Shown here one piece after another: positions 33,506 to 42,700 of a stretch of DNA of 64,000 bases; within the stretch, counting starts at the first letter, position 1; every line of letters starts with the position of its first letter. The stretch lies in assembly GCA_963663965.2 (NCBI GenBank), contig CAXXFK010000010.1:32001-96000 (forward strand), written 5' to 3'. The notes under the pieces were generated by a model, which ran no database searches, was not told where the DNA came from, and saw only the letters and a list, made by a program, of their open reading frames with translations. The position numbers were made by a program, and so were the translations under genes. The stretch comes from Sedimentisphaerales bacterium. GTDB lineage: Bacteria > Planctomycetota > Phycisphaerae > Sedimentisphaerales > SM23-30.

Positions 33506-34744
33506 TTATCGGTGCAAACCCGGTAAGGCGGTTTCAATCTGTACAATCGGTAACAACGTTGCGGCGACAATAAAGCCAATTATCAACGCCAGTATGGTAA
33601 TTAATATTGCAGGAAATATGGCCATGAACCGGCCTATCGCCACATTCGTTTCACGATCAAACGCGTCGGCCGCATTTAACAGCATCGGCGCCAGTTGACC
33701 GGTTTGTTCGCCCACGGTCACGATTTGAACCAGTAATGGTGGATACAATCCTGACTTTCGCATGGGGCCTGCCAGAGATGATCCGGATCGTACCTGACGC
33801 GCCACCAGGTCGACATCACGCGCGAGAATTTCATTCCCCAGGCAGTTGCGGACAATCGCCAGCGAATCCAGAATATTGATTCCGCTCACACTCAGCGTGC
33901 CCAGGGTACGCGCGAACCGGGCCACGGCCCACTTGCGCTGCACCATACCCAGAATGGGAACTTTTAATTTTAATGAATCATAGACCAGTTTCCCGAAACC
34001 AAACTTTCGCCAGCGGCTCAACAATATCGCCAGAAAACACATGCTGACAATAAAAATAATTCCAGGCGGACTGCTGAGAAAATGACTGATATTCAGAACA
34101 ACCCGCGTTGGCCAGGGCAACATGTCCACATCACCGGATATCGTCGATAAAACCCTCGGTAAAATCCAGGTAACGACAATTCCGATAGACAGCATACCCA
34201 GGCACAAAACAAAAAAGGGATATAACGCCGCCGTCATGATATTGTTACGGGTCTCCAATTCACCTTCCACCAGATCCGCCAGTTGAGAGATACTCCGTCC
34301 CAATTCCCCGGAACTTTCTCCAATTCCGATCAGGGACGTATGCAAACGATCGAAGGAACGTTGGTATTGACTGAAAGTATAGGATAACGACTGACCGGAT
34401 TTCACCGCTACAGTGACTTCCGCCACCAGACGCTTGACCCTGAGACTGGGGTTTTGGCGTCCAACCACATCCAGCGCCGCCAGAATAGGCAGTTGCGCCT
34501 GTAAAGCGGTCGCCAGCTGCCGGATAAACTCTGCGCGTTCCCGGTTTTTTAACTTGAGCCTGACCGTCACCTTGTATTGGCCGGCCTGACTGCGACCCGG
34601 TTCTTCCGTCAGCAAATCGATTGTTGAAACAAACCGGCCCTGCTCCGCCAATAATGATACGGCAACCTGACTTGAATCAGCCTCTATTCTTCCGTGAATA
34701 CTCTGGCCACTGCGATTAATTGCCTCATATTGAAAAATCGCCAT
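33506..34744 (-). CDS. gspF: GspF platform protein (second paralog)
   Basis: MAIFQYEAINRSG after AGGAG; GESSGEL...AALYP; ARFARTLGTL; VGEQTGQL. Confidence 0.92.
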   Translation of the reverse strand: MAIFQYEAINRSGQSIHGRIEADSSQVAVSLLAEQGRFVSTIDLLTEEPGRSQAGQYKVTVRLKLKNRERAEFIRQLATALQAQLPILAALDVVGRQNPSLRVKRLVAEVTVAVKSGQSLSYTFSQYQRSFDRLHTSLIGIGESSGELGRSISQLADLVEGELETRNNIMTAALYPFFVLCLGMLSIGIVVTWILPRVLSTISGDVDMLPWPTRVVLNISHFLSSPPGIIFIVSMCFLAILLSRWRKFGFGKLVYDSLKLKVPILGMVQRKWAVARFARTLGTLSVSGINILDSLAIVRNCLGNEILARDVDLVARQVRSGSSLAGPMRKSGLYPPLLVQIVTVGEQTGQLAPMLLNAADAFDRETNVAIGRFMAIFPAILITILALIIGFIVAATLLPIVQIETALPGLHR

Positions 34745-35062
34745 ATCACTCCTGGATTTCTCTCTAAATATAATCTCCATAGACAATTAAGAGATTTATC
34801 GATCGCTTCCTTGCGGATTGTATCAATCGGATGTTTAGTAAAAATTATAGCATAAAACATGAATTCGACAAGATAACATCCTGAAAACCTGCTGGCTGGC
34901 CCAGTTTAATGCTAATTTATATAACAGAACAGAAATTGTTTCATTGCATTGTATACGGTTAAAAATATAATAAAGCATGTTACTAAAATCCGCATTAAGC
35001 GTCTAAAATAATAGTTTTTCTTTTATTATCAAGCTTGTTACGCCCTCAAAAGGAGAATAATT

Positions 35063-36964
35063 ATGCCTAAATTACCTTTGAATAATCTGATCGTTATGGC
35101 TGTAGTCGGCCTGTTGATTGGCCTTTATAGCCTGTGCCCTGCCCAGGTAGCCTCTCAGCAGATTACTCCTGAAGTGGCGGCAAAAAGTATCAACGAAAAT
35201 ACCGAAAAGCTCATGCAGTACTATTACCAGTTGATCGGCATGCCCACACCCCCCAATGTTATCGCACAGCTGGAACAGTTGCTTGAAGACACCAAGCGCG
35301 CCCAGGGTCTGATTCGCGGCAAACCCGACAAGGCCTACATCGATCTGCTGAAAGCATGGATCGCTCACCTGAAAGGTGACGGCGAAGAAGCAATTAAAAA
35401 CGCCAGCCGGGCATACAGTCTGGCCTCCGAACAACCCGATATCCGCGACAGTTATCTGTTCTTCATGCTGTTCTGGGAAAATTACGACAAAGCCCAGAGT
35501 GTCATGAAACGAATGAAAACCGGTACCGCAGCTGAAGAAGTTGCCCAGGCCAGCTTTAAAGCGCACTCCGAATCGGTTACAACCAATATCCGTAACGATT
35601 TCCGTCAAATCCCCGCTTTTGCCGAACCGAACCTGCCCGGAATGGATTCGATGGCCATGGGGAACGCCGAGCCCAATAATCCATTCACCCCGGCGGCCGC
35701 CGCCGCTGGTGGTGGAAACTCATCCAACCGCAGAAGTGGCGGTTACCGCCAGCAACGTGACCCAGGCGGCGATGGCATGACCTTCGGTGTGGGCATGGGG
35801 ATGGGAGCCGCAGCCCCCGTCAATCCCAATTTCATGGATTATAGTGGCCCGCCCGGATCGACCGGACGACCGGCACCCAATATGGGCGGCATGAACGCCC
35901 CCGGATACCAACCCCAAGTCCAGGCGATTTCCAAAGTCCTCAACTTCCAGCCGGATTACATGCTCTATGATCAACTGGGCCAGGATTTCCCCGCGGTCCA
36001 GCTTCAGACCATGAACGGTTGCAGCTTCCAGTTTGATCCGCGCCAGGGTGGTGCGCTGTGTCTGCTGGTTTGGGCCCTTCCCGATAACATGCCCAACAAT
36101 CGCCCTAATCAAAATAATATGTACGAAATGGGCTTTGGCGGTGGTTATCGCAATCCTGCGCAACAACAGCAAACAGATATCCTGCTGGAAGCCTCTACCG
36201 ATCTTAATAAGAATTTCGATCAATTCCGTCAACTGTATGCCCGATTCATTAACAGCGGCCCCGCCATCCGTTTTGCCAGTGTATGCCTCAATAATCCCGG
36301 CCAAATCGGCACGGAAGATATCTTGAAAATCGCACTCGACAAACCATGTCCGTGGGCATTTCTAACTCGTAACCCAATTAATATCGATCAGTTAAAAGAT
36401 GTTCCGTCCGCCAGTCCGGTGATGTTAATCATCGGCAGTTCCGGCAAGATTCGCTATGTCGGCCCGGTGGGTGGCCTGCTGCCAGTCTCCATCATTACCC
36501 AGGAATATCAGCGTACCCGGTCTGCCATGCCCGGCATGGCGCCGGCTTTCAAGCCATCCCAACCCGGTAATGGCGTTGTCCTTGGCATCCTGGGACAGGC
36601 ATTCTCTGGTTCCGGTACCACCCCACCTGGCCAGGCCAATACCCCGCCGGTTGCTGTTACTCCTCCGGTCAGAACGGTTCCCACCCCGCCACGGCCGACT
36701 ACCCCGCCGGCCCTTAATACGGCGGATCCTGATATGCAAAAAATCAGCGTGGCCCAGGCCCGTCAACGACTCCAGGTCGCTGAAACCCAGAAACGCGTAC
36801 GGATGTATATGAGCGCGCTGGAAGCCTGCGATGAGATTCTCGCCCAGTGGCCCAACAGTACTGAAGCTGAGGAAGCCAAGGAAATGATCCGGTCTATCCT
36901 GTTTTCCCGCCCGATTTACAAACAGGACCGCGTCCGACAAGGCAAATGGGTTCCTGAAGATTAA
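35063..36964 (+). CDS. Exported hypothetical protein: TPR-like helices, Gly/Met/Pro low-complexity linker, thioredoxin-like region without CxxC, Pro-rich linker, helical C-terminus
   Basis: AAGGAG RBS, signal peptide; LGQDFPAVQLQTMNG...LLVW...SPVMLIIGSSGKIRYVG resembles a redoxin fold; followed by a terminator. Confidence 0.7.
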   Translation: MPKLPLNNLIVMAVVGLLIGLYSLCPAQVASQQITPEVAAKSINENTEKLMQYYYQLIGMPTPPNVIAQLEQLLEDTKRAQGLIRGKPDKAYIDLLKAWIAHLKGDGEEAIKNASRAYSLASEQPDIRDSYLFFMLFWENYDKAQSVMKRMKTGTAAEEVAQASFKAHSESVTTNIRNDFRQIPAFAEPNLPGMDSMAMGNAEPNNPFTPAAAAAGGGNSSNRRSGGYRQQRDPGGDGMTFGVGMGMGAAAPVNPNFMDYSGPPGSTGRPAPNMGGMNAPGYQPQVQAISKVLNFQPDYMLYDQLGQDFPAVQLQTMNGCSFQFDPRQGGALCLLVWALPDNMPNNRPNQNNMYEMGFGGGYRNPAQQQQTDILLEASTDLNKNFDQFRQLYARFINSGPAIRFASVCLNNPGQIGTEDILKIALDKPCPWAFLTRNPINIDQLKDVPSASPVMLIIGSSGKIRYVGPVGGLLPVSIITQEYQRTRSAMPGMAPAFKPSQPGNGVVLGILGQAFSGSGTTPPGQANTPPVAVTPPVRTVPTPPRPTTPPALNTADPDMQKISVAQARQRLQVAETQKRVRMYMSALEACDEILAQWPNSTEAEEAKEMIRSILFSRPIYKQDRVRQGKWVPED

Positions 36965-36996
36965 TTCTGACCATCACCCAAACAAACGGACCAACT

Positions 36997-37041
36997 CAGG
37001 CCCGGCCGCAGACAGATCTGCAATTGCCGGGCCTGTTTTTT
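36997..37041 (+). terminator. Intrinsic terminator
   Basis: CAGGCCCGGC...GCCGGGCCTG followed by T6. Confidence 0.75.
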
Positions 37042-37462
37042 ATTAACAAAATGCCGTTTCCGACCGGTCAGGATCCTGATGATATCCCGGATCGTGGTTT
37101 TTGCTAGAGGTCTGCTTTTCGTAACCCATTGCTATCTAGAATACTACACAAAAATAAACCACGTTTGCCGCCTATAGGGTTTAACCAGACAGCATCGGTC
37201 AGTCAGATTGAAACGCGCACAGTTTTTATGGCGGCCAGGGGACAAAAACGGCCTGTCCTGATCCTGTCATTTCATCAGTTTTAAGCCGTAAGTTCGCCCG
37301 GCATAATCGTTAAAGGAGGCATACTCCAGTGGGCCATCCTGTTTTTTTTACAGGAAAAGACGCAGGTTCGGTTGTCTTGCCGGTAATTAAATATTAGAAT
37401 AAAGTAAACCAGTGAGGTGGTTTGAAAACTCAGGCCTTCGGGCCAAATTACAGGAGTGCATT

Positions 37463-37711
37463 ATGTTCAGGGTACGAAGTGTGATTTTTTTGATGTTATT
37501 CTCTTTCTGTCTGGGGGCCATCGCCATGCTGTTGGTTTTGACGCCCGGCAAATTCCAGTGGCAGGACCTGCTCGACGAGCAGAAACGCACCGATCTGGCC
37601 GATTTCGATCAGGCCGCCCAACGTGTGGAAGAATTCCCCCAGGTCGTCTCCAACCTGACCCGTGACGCCCTGGAAACCTGGCGTGAACGCGCCGCGACCC
37701 ATACTAACTGA
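37463..37711 (+). CDS. Small hypothetical protein with N-terminal hydrophobic segment (82 aa)
   Basis: AGGAG RBS before ATG 37463; MFRVRSVIFLMLFSFCLGAIAMLLVL. Confidence 0.6.
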   Translation: MFRVRSVIFLMLFSFCLGAIAMLLVLTPGKFQWQDLLDEQKRTDLADFDQAAQRVEEFPQVVSNLTRDALETWRERAATHTN

Positions 37712-37751
37712 TAAACTAAAGCCAACAGACTGTATTCAGGAAGAGAGAACC

Positions 37752-38285
37752 TTATTCGCTGTCATACTGAATCTGGCTATGAATTTCATAGCCTTCCAGT
37801 AATTTCCGGCCATTCAAAAAGGCCAGGTCGATCAGGAAACTGATTCCAATAATATCCCCTCTCAACTTCTCCACCAGGTCACAGCACGCCTTCATCGTCC
37901 CCCCTGTCGCCAGCAGATCATCCACCATCAGCACCTTCTGACCCGGCTGGATCGCGTCCGCATGGATTTCAATCTTATCGGTGCCATACTCCAGTGAATA
38001 CTCCTGCGCGATCGTCTCTGCAGGCAGTTTGCCCGGCTTCCGCACCGGTATAAACCCACAATGCAGATACCGCGCCACCGCCGTCCCGAAGATAAATCCC
38101 CGGCTCTCCGCCCCCACCACCAGTTCCACCCCGCGCCCCACAAACGGCTTCGCCATCGCCTCCACCGAATAAGCCAGCGCGTCCGCGTCCGCCAGCAGCG
38201 GCGTAATATCGCGAAACACAATTCCCGGCTTGGGAAAATCCACTATACTTCGAATATACTTAATCAGCTCAAACGCCATCATCAA
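37752..38285 (-). CDS. apt: Adenine phosphoribosyltransferase
   Basis: DFPKPGIVFRDITPLL, ESRGFIFG, RKPGKLP, VDDLLATGGT. Confidence 0.97.
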   Translation of the reverse strand: MMMAFELIKYIRSIVDFPKPGIVFRDITPLLADADALAYSVEAMAKPFVGRGVELVVGAESRGFIFGTAVARYLHCGFIPVRKPGKLPAETIAQEYSLEYGTDKIEIHADAIQPGQKVLMVDDLLATGGTMKACCDLVEKLRGDIIGISFLIDLAFLNGRKLLEGYEIHSQIQYDSE

Positions 38286-38434
38286 CTCTCCAGCGCGGGT
38301 TATCAGTCAGCCAAATAATCACGGATGTTCATCCTTAAGATACCCCGATACTCCGCCGCTTTCAAGCACTAAATCCCGCCATAAAACCCCCTTCATCACT
38401 TTAGCCACCCCTGAATAAATTTCACCCCCACCCG

Positions 38435-38462
38435 GTAGAGACGCAATGTTTTGCGTCTCTAC
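38435..38462. repeat. GTAG-type REP-like palindrome
   Basis: GTAGAGACGCAA-TGTT-TTGCGTCTCTAC: perfect 12-bp arms beginning with GTAG, intergenic. Confidence 0.75.
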
Positions 38463-38504
38463 GAGATCCCATCAACAAAAGGATACCCCCATGCCAAGTC
38501 GCTA

Positions 38505-39668
38505 CTACTCCTCCAGCCAATACGCCACCACCTCCATCAGGTCTTCTATCCCAAACGCATCCAGCCATTCCGCCGATACGGTTGCGTAATCTTCCATATC
38601 CACTCCATAACTACCCGCCGTATCCCCCGGGATATCGCGCTGCCACCAGAGCATGGGATAGCCGGTTGATTGCCAGGGCATGTGCCAGAGTTCTTCTGAA
38701 CCATCGTTGATATTACCAGAAAAATCAAAGCCGGCAAAACTGCTTTGATCCTGCATCCGATCATCAGTTAAAGCCACCCCAAAACCATTGTCGGGACCGC
38801 CATCAACATGGAAATAAGCGTCTGAAATGGTTCCCATATTCAGTCCGCATAAGCCGCCGACTTCAGTGCTGGTGGCTGTAGTCGAGCCGGCAGCATAACA
38901 CTTTTTAAGCACACGGCTGTTCGCGCCGCACAGACCTCCAGTGGCCAGAAATCCTCTTGTCGAACCAATGGAATAACAATTTATCAGGGTATTTGCATTA
39001 ACACCACAAAAACCACCGACCAAGTCGTATCCCTGTATTGTTACATTAGTAAAACAATCGGCCATCACGCCCGTGTTATAGCCGCAGATGCCAGCAACCG
39101 TGTCGGTGCCTCCAACCGTACCGTCAACAGAAGAATGGGTAATCAGTCCCTGATTTACTCCACACAGGCCGCCGATGAAATTTAACCCATCCACCTTTAT
39201 GTCCGTGCAATGGACATGGTCAATCGTGCCATAGTTCTGAGCGCATAATACCCCAACATAATCCCTGCCGACAACCGATCCATCCATCAATTTCAAATTT
39301 AGAACCAGACTGCCTGGGCCAAGGTAGTGAAACAAGCCGATATCGTCATTGGCCGATATTTTTAATTGTTTGATCGCATGGCCAGCGCCATCGAACACCC
39401 CGTAAAATATCGAATCGTCGGCAATAAGCGGGTGCGAAAAACTGCCATCCGGATAGTCCCCTTTACCCGCCAGATCAATATCCGCCGTCATGATAAAATG
39501 CTTGTCATAATCTTCTGTATTTTGTCCCAGTGTAGTCAAATCCGCCGCTGTAGCTATCTGATAGGGATCGGCTTCCGTTCCGCTACCGCCGCTGAATTGT
39601 CCGTAAAGACTATTGCAACCGATAAATACCACAACCACTATTAAAAAAACAGTTAAATGTTTAACCAT
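38505..39668 (-). CDS. Single-module GLUG-repeat secreted protein with C-terminal dockerin-like tag
   Basis: AGGAG RBS before ATG 39668, signal peptide, FSGGSGTEADPYQIATAADL, GGLCG repeats, GDTAGSYGVDMEDYATVSAEWL. Confidence 0.85.
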   Translation of the reverse strand: MVKHLTVFLIVVVVFIGCNSLYGQFSGGSGTEADPYQIATAADLTTLGQNTEDYDKHFIMTADIDLAGKGDYPDGSFSHPLIADDSIFYGVFDGAGHAIKQLKISANDDIGLFHYLGPGSLVLNLKLMDGSVVGRDYVGVLCAQNYGTIDHVHCTDIKVDGLNFIGGLCGVNQGLITHSSVDGTVGGTDTVAGICGYNTGVMADCFTNVTIQGYDLVGGFCGVNANTLINCYSIGSTRGFLATGGLCGANSRVLKKCYAAGSTTATSTEVGGLCGLNMGTISDAYFHVDGGPDNGFGVALTDDRMQDQSSFAGFDFSGNINDGSEELWHMPWQSTGYPMLWWQRDIPGDTAGSYGVDMEDYATVSAEWLDAFGIEDLMEVVAYWLEE

Positions 39669-39729
39669 GCCCGTACTCCTGTTATAAGATTCAGTCATTG
39701 ATACTCGAAAGCGATCAAACATCATCACA

Positions 39730-42700
39730 TCATCGCGCTAACCAGTATTCGGAAAGCTGAATAATCTCGGTTATATCCGCCCCATCCGGTATCAGCCATT
39801 GATTGGATATCGCTTCATAATCTTCCATGTTCACTCCATAACTGCCCGTCGTATCCCCCGGTATATCCCGCTGCCACCAGAGCATGGGGTACCCGCTGGC
39901 CTGATACGGCATGTGCCAGATGTTTTCAAAATCCCAGCCTGCCCCGGTAAAGGTGGCTTTATCCTGCATGGTCTCCGTTAACAGACCTGTCCCGGCTCCG
40001 CTATAGGTCATACCTGAAGATTGCATATCCCAGAAACAGGTATCTCCTGACTCACTGATATTATAGGCGGCCAGCCCGCCCCCGACGCTGCCGGTAACAC
40101 TGCCGGTTGAGTAACAGTTAATCATCTGACACCCATATTCATTCGATCCCACCAGCCCACCCAGCATTTGCCGCCCGGAAATATTACCCTGGGCATAACA
40201 ATCGACAATACTGCTCAATCGATGGTTGGCACTATAGTAGGTATTATTCCCAACCAGACCGCCAATAAACCAGCAATCTCCCGAACAACTTAGATCAACC
40301 GTACTGTATGATTCCTTAATGGTTCCCCCATAGTTGATCCCCACCAAGCCACCCAGATTATCACACATATCATTCGTTGAAATGGTCCCATTCGAGCCGC
40401 ATTGCGCAATCTGGCTATTGGTGTTACCGCCCACCAATCCGCCCACCCAATCCGCCTGCTTTGGACAGGTAATGGCTACCTGGACAGTACAATCCGTAAT
40501 CGTAGATGAAACAGTTTGACCCACCAGACCGCCGATATAATACGCATAATCCCCCGTATGAATACTGACATCAGCCCAACATTTCCTAACATTTCCATAA
40601 ACCTTATAGCTGGTGATTCCCCCAATATAATCATCCCCGGTTAGTGTTCCCTGAACCGTACAGTTTTCAATTGAACCATAGACCATTCCCGCTAAACAAC
40701 TGATATTGTCATCGCCGGCCACTGAACAATCTACAAGTTGCAAATTCTTGACAATGCCGCCTGTCCCAACATAGCCAAACAACCCCAGGTAATCATTGCC
40801 CTCAGCCACCCCGTCAATCGTCAAGCCAATAATTGAATGGCCCTGTCCATCGAATGAACCGGTAAAAGCTGTACCTTGAAAACCACTAGATGAAGAAGAG
40901 TCTGAAGCCACTAATGCAGTTTCATGATCTAATCCACTAAGATGAATATCGTTCATTAAAACAAAATGCTTATCGTAGTCCCCTGAACCTTGACCTAATG
41001 TTAGAACATCTTGCTCTGTCGCAATTTGATACGGATCGACTTTGGTACCAGAACCACCAGAATACTTTATTACGATAGCTTCCCAAGCCAATTTAGGATA
41101 GTCATTATTTGGCATTCTCCAATCGGCTTGATCTCCATCAATATCGGAAAAATCCCAGCCATTGCTTAGATAGGTATCAATACTCTTTAATTCGGCAGTA
41201 GTTTTCCCGGTCCCGCCATTGCTTTCTGAATAACCGGACGTGTCAATATCCCAATAACAATCATCAATCCCTCCAGAAGATATCGATCCACAAAAACCCC
41301 CGATTGACGAACTCAAACCACCTGTAATTAATCCAACAGAATAACAATTAAAAATATAGCCTTCATAGTGACGACCACAAAAACCCCCGATCGAATCAAC
41401 TGTACCTGTCACATTTGCTTTCGCATAACATTTTGTAATTAAAGCGGAATTCTCTCCACACAATCCTCCGACATTGGATATTCCACTGACTTCACCACTC
41501 GCATAGCAACTTAAAATCTCGCCGCCGATACTGCGTCCGCAAAGACCGCCAGCATTCTTATTTTCTCTAGCGACGACATTCCCCTCTGCAAAACATCTAG
41601 TAATATTACTACGCTCACTATACCCTATGAGCCCCCCGATAGACGACCCATCCCCTGTAACATTCCCTGATGCAAAACAGCTAATAATACTACCACACTC
41701 ACTATATCCTATAAGTCCTCCCACAGATAAACTTCCATAGACATTGCCAGAGGCATAGCAGAATTCAATCTTGCTATTAATATAATTCTGTCCAACTAAT
41801 CCCCCTGAAGCTTGTAAACCATGTATTTCCGACAGTGAATAACTATCTTTAATCTGACCACAATTATAACCAACTAATCCACCGGTATTATCATTGTTAC
41901 CGGTCACTGTACCTTCCGTAGAACAATACACAATAAGACCATTAGGGCCTTCGTTAAAGCCAACCAACCCCCCAACATTTCGCCCTCCCTCAATAGCCAT
42001 TGCAGCCTGACATGATTTAATAACAGAATCATTTCTACCAACTAATCCGCCAGTACCATAACCATAATCCCCAGTTCCCAGTATGTATCCAGACGAACCA
42101 CACCCTTCAATAGTACCCAAATTTCTGCCAGCTAAACTACCTAAATAGTTTCGTCCAATTATTTGACAATCAACCATTTTGAGATTCATTAATTTTCCAT
42201 TAGAACCAAGTTGTCCGATCAGCCCGAGATATGTACCACTATTATTATCAATGAATATGTTACTAATAGCATGCTCATTCCCATTGATCTGGCCTGAGAA
42301 GGGTAGCCCATTATAATCATGATCTCCATTATCCATATCAGGCGCAATAATTGCTCTATCAAATGTATATTCAGACAAATCGATATCTGCGGTTAAAACA
42401 AAATACTTGTCATAATCTCCAATATTACCACCAATTGAAACCAAATCCTCCGCTGTAGCGATTTGATAGGGTTCAATTTCTGTTCCGCTTCCACCAGAAT
42501 ATTTCTGTTTTATAGGTTCCCAAGATAATTTAGGATAACCATTAAATGGCATATACCAATCTGCGGGATCGCCGTCTGATTCCGAGAAATCCCAACCAGC
42601 CGCAACAAAGGTTTGAATGTCTTGCATTTCTTCAGTTGTTTTACCTGTTCCGCCAGCACTAAAAGACTGGTTGGAAGTTTCTAAATCCCAGAAACTATTC

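Noticed and set aside
31421..34786. Longer ORF-track starts for gspJ (32206), gspG (33579) and gspF (34786)
   Set aside because: For gspJ and gspG they overlap upstream genes, and downstream ATGs give proper short prepilin leaders; gspG and gspF also have clear RBSs at the downstream ATG.
37260..37460. c-di-GMP or other riboswitch upstream of the 82-aa gene
   Set aside because: Some hairpins are present, but the conserved GEMM elements could not be matched by eye; an Rfam scan would be needed.
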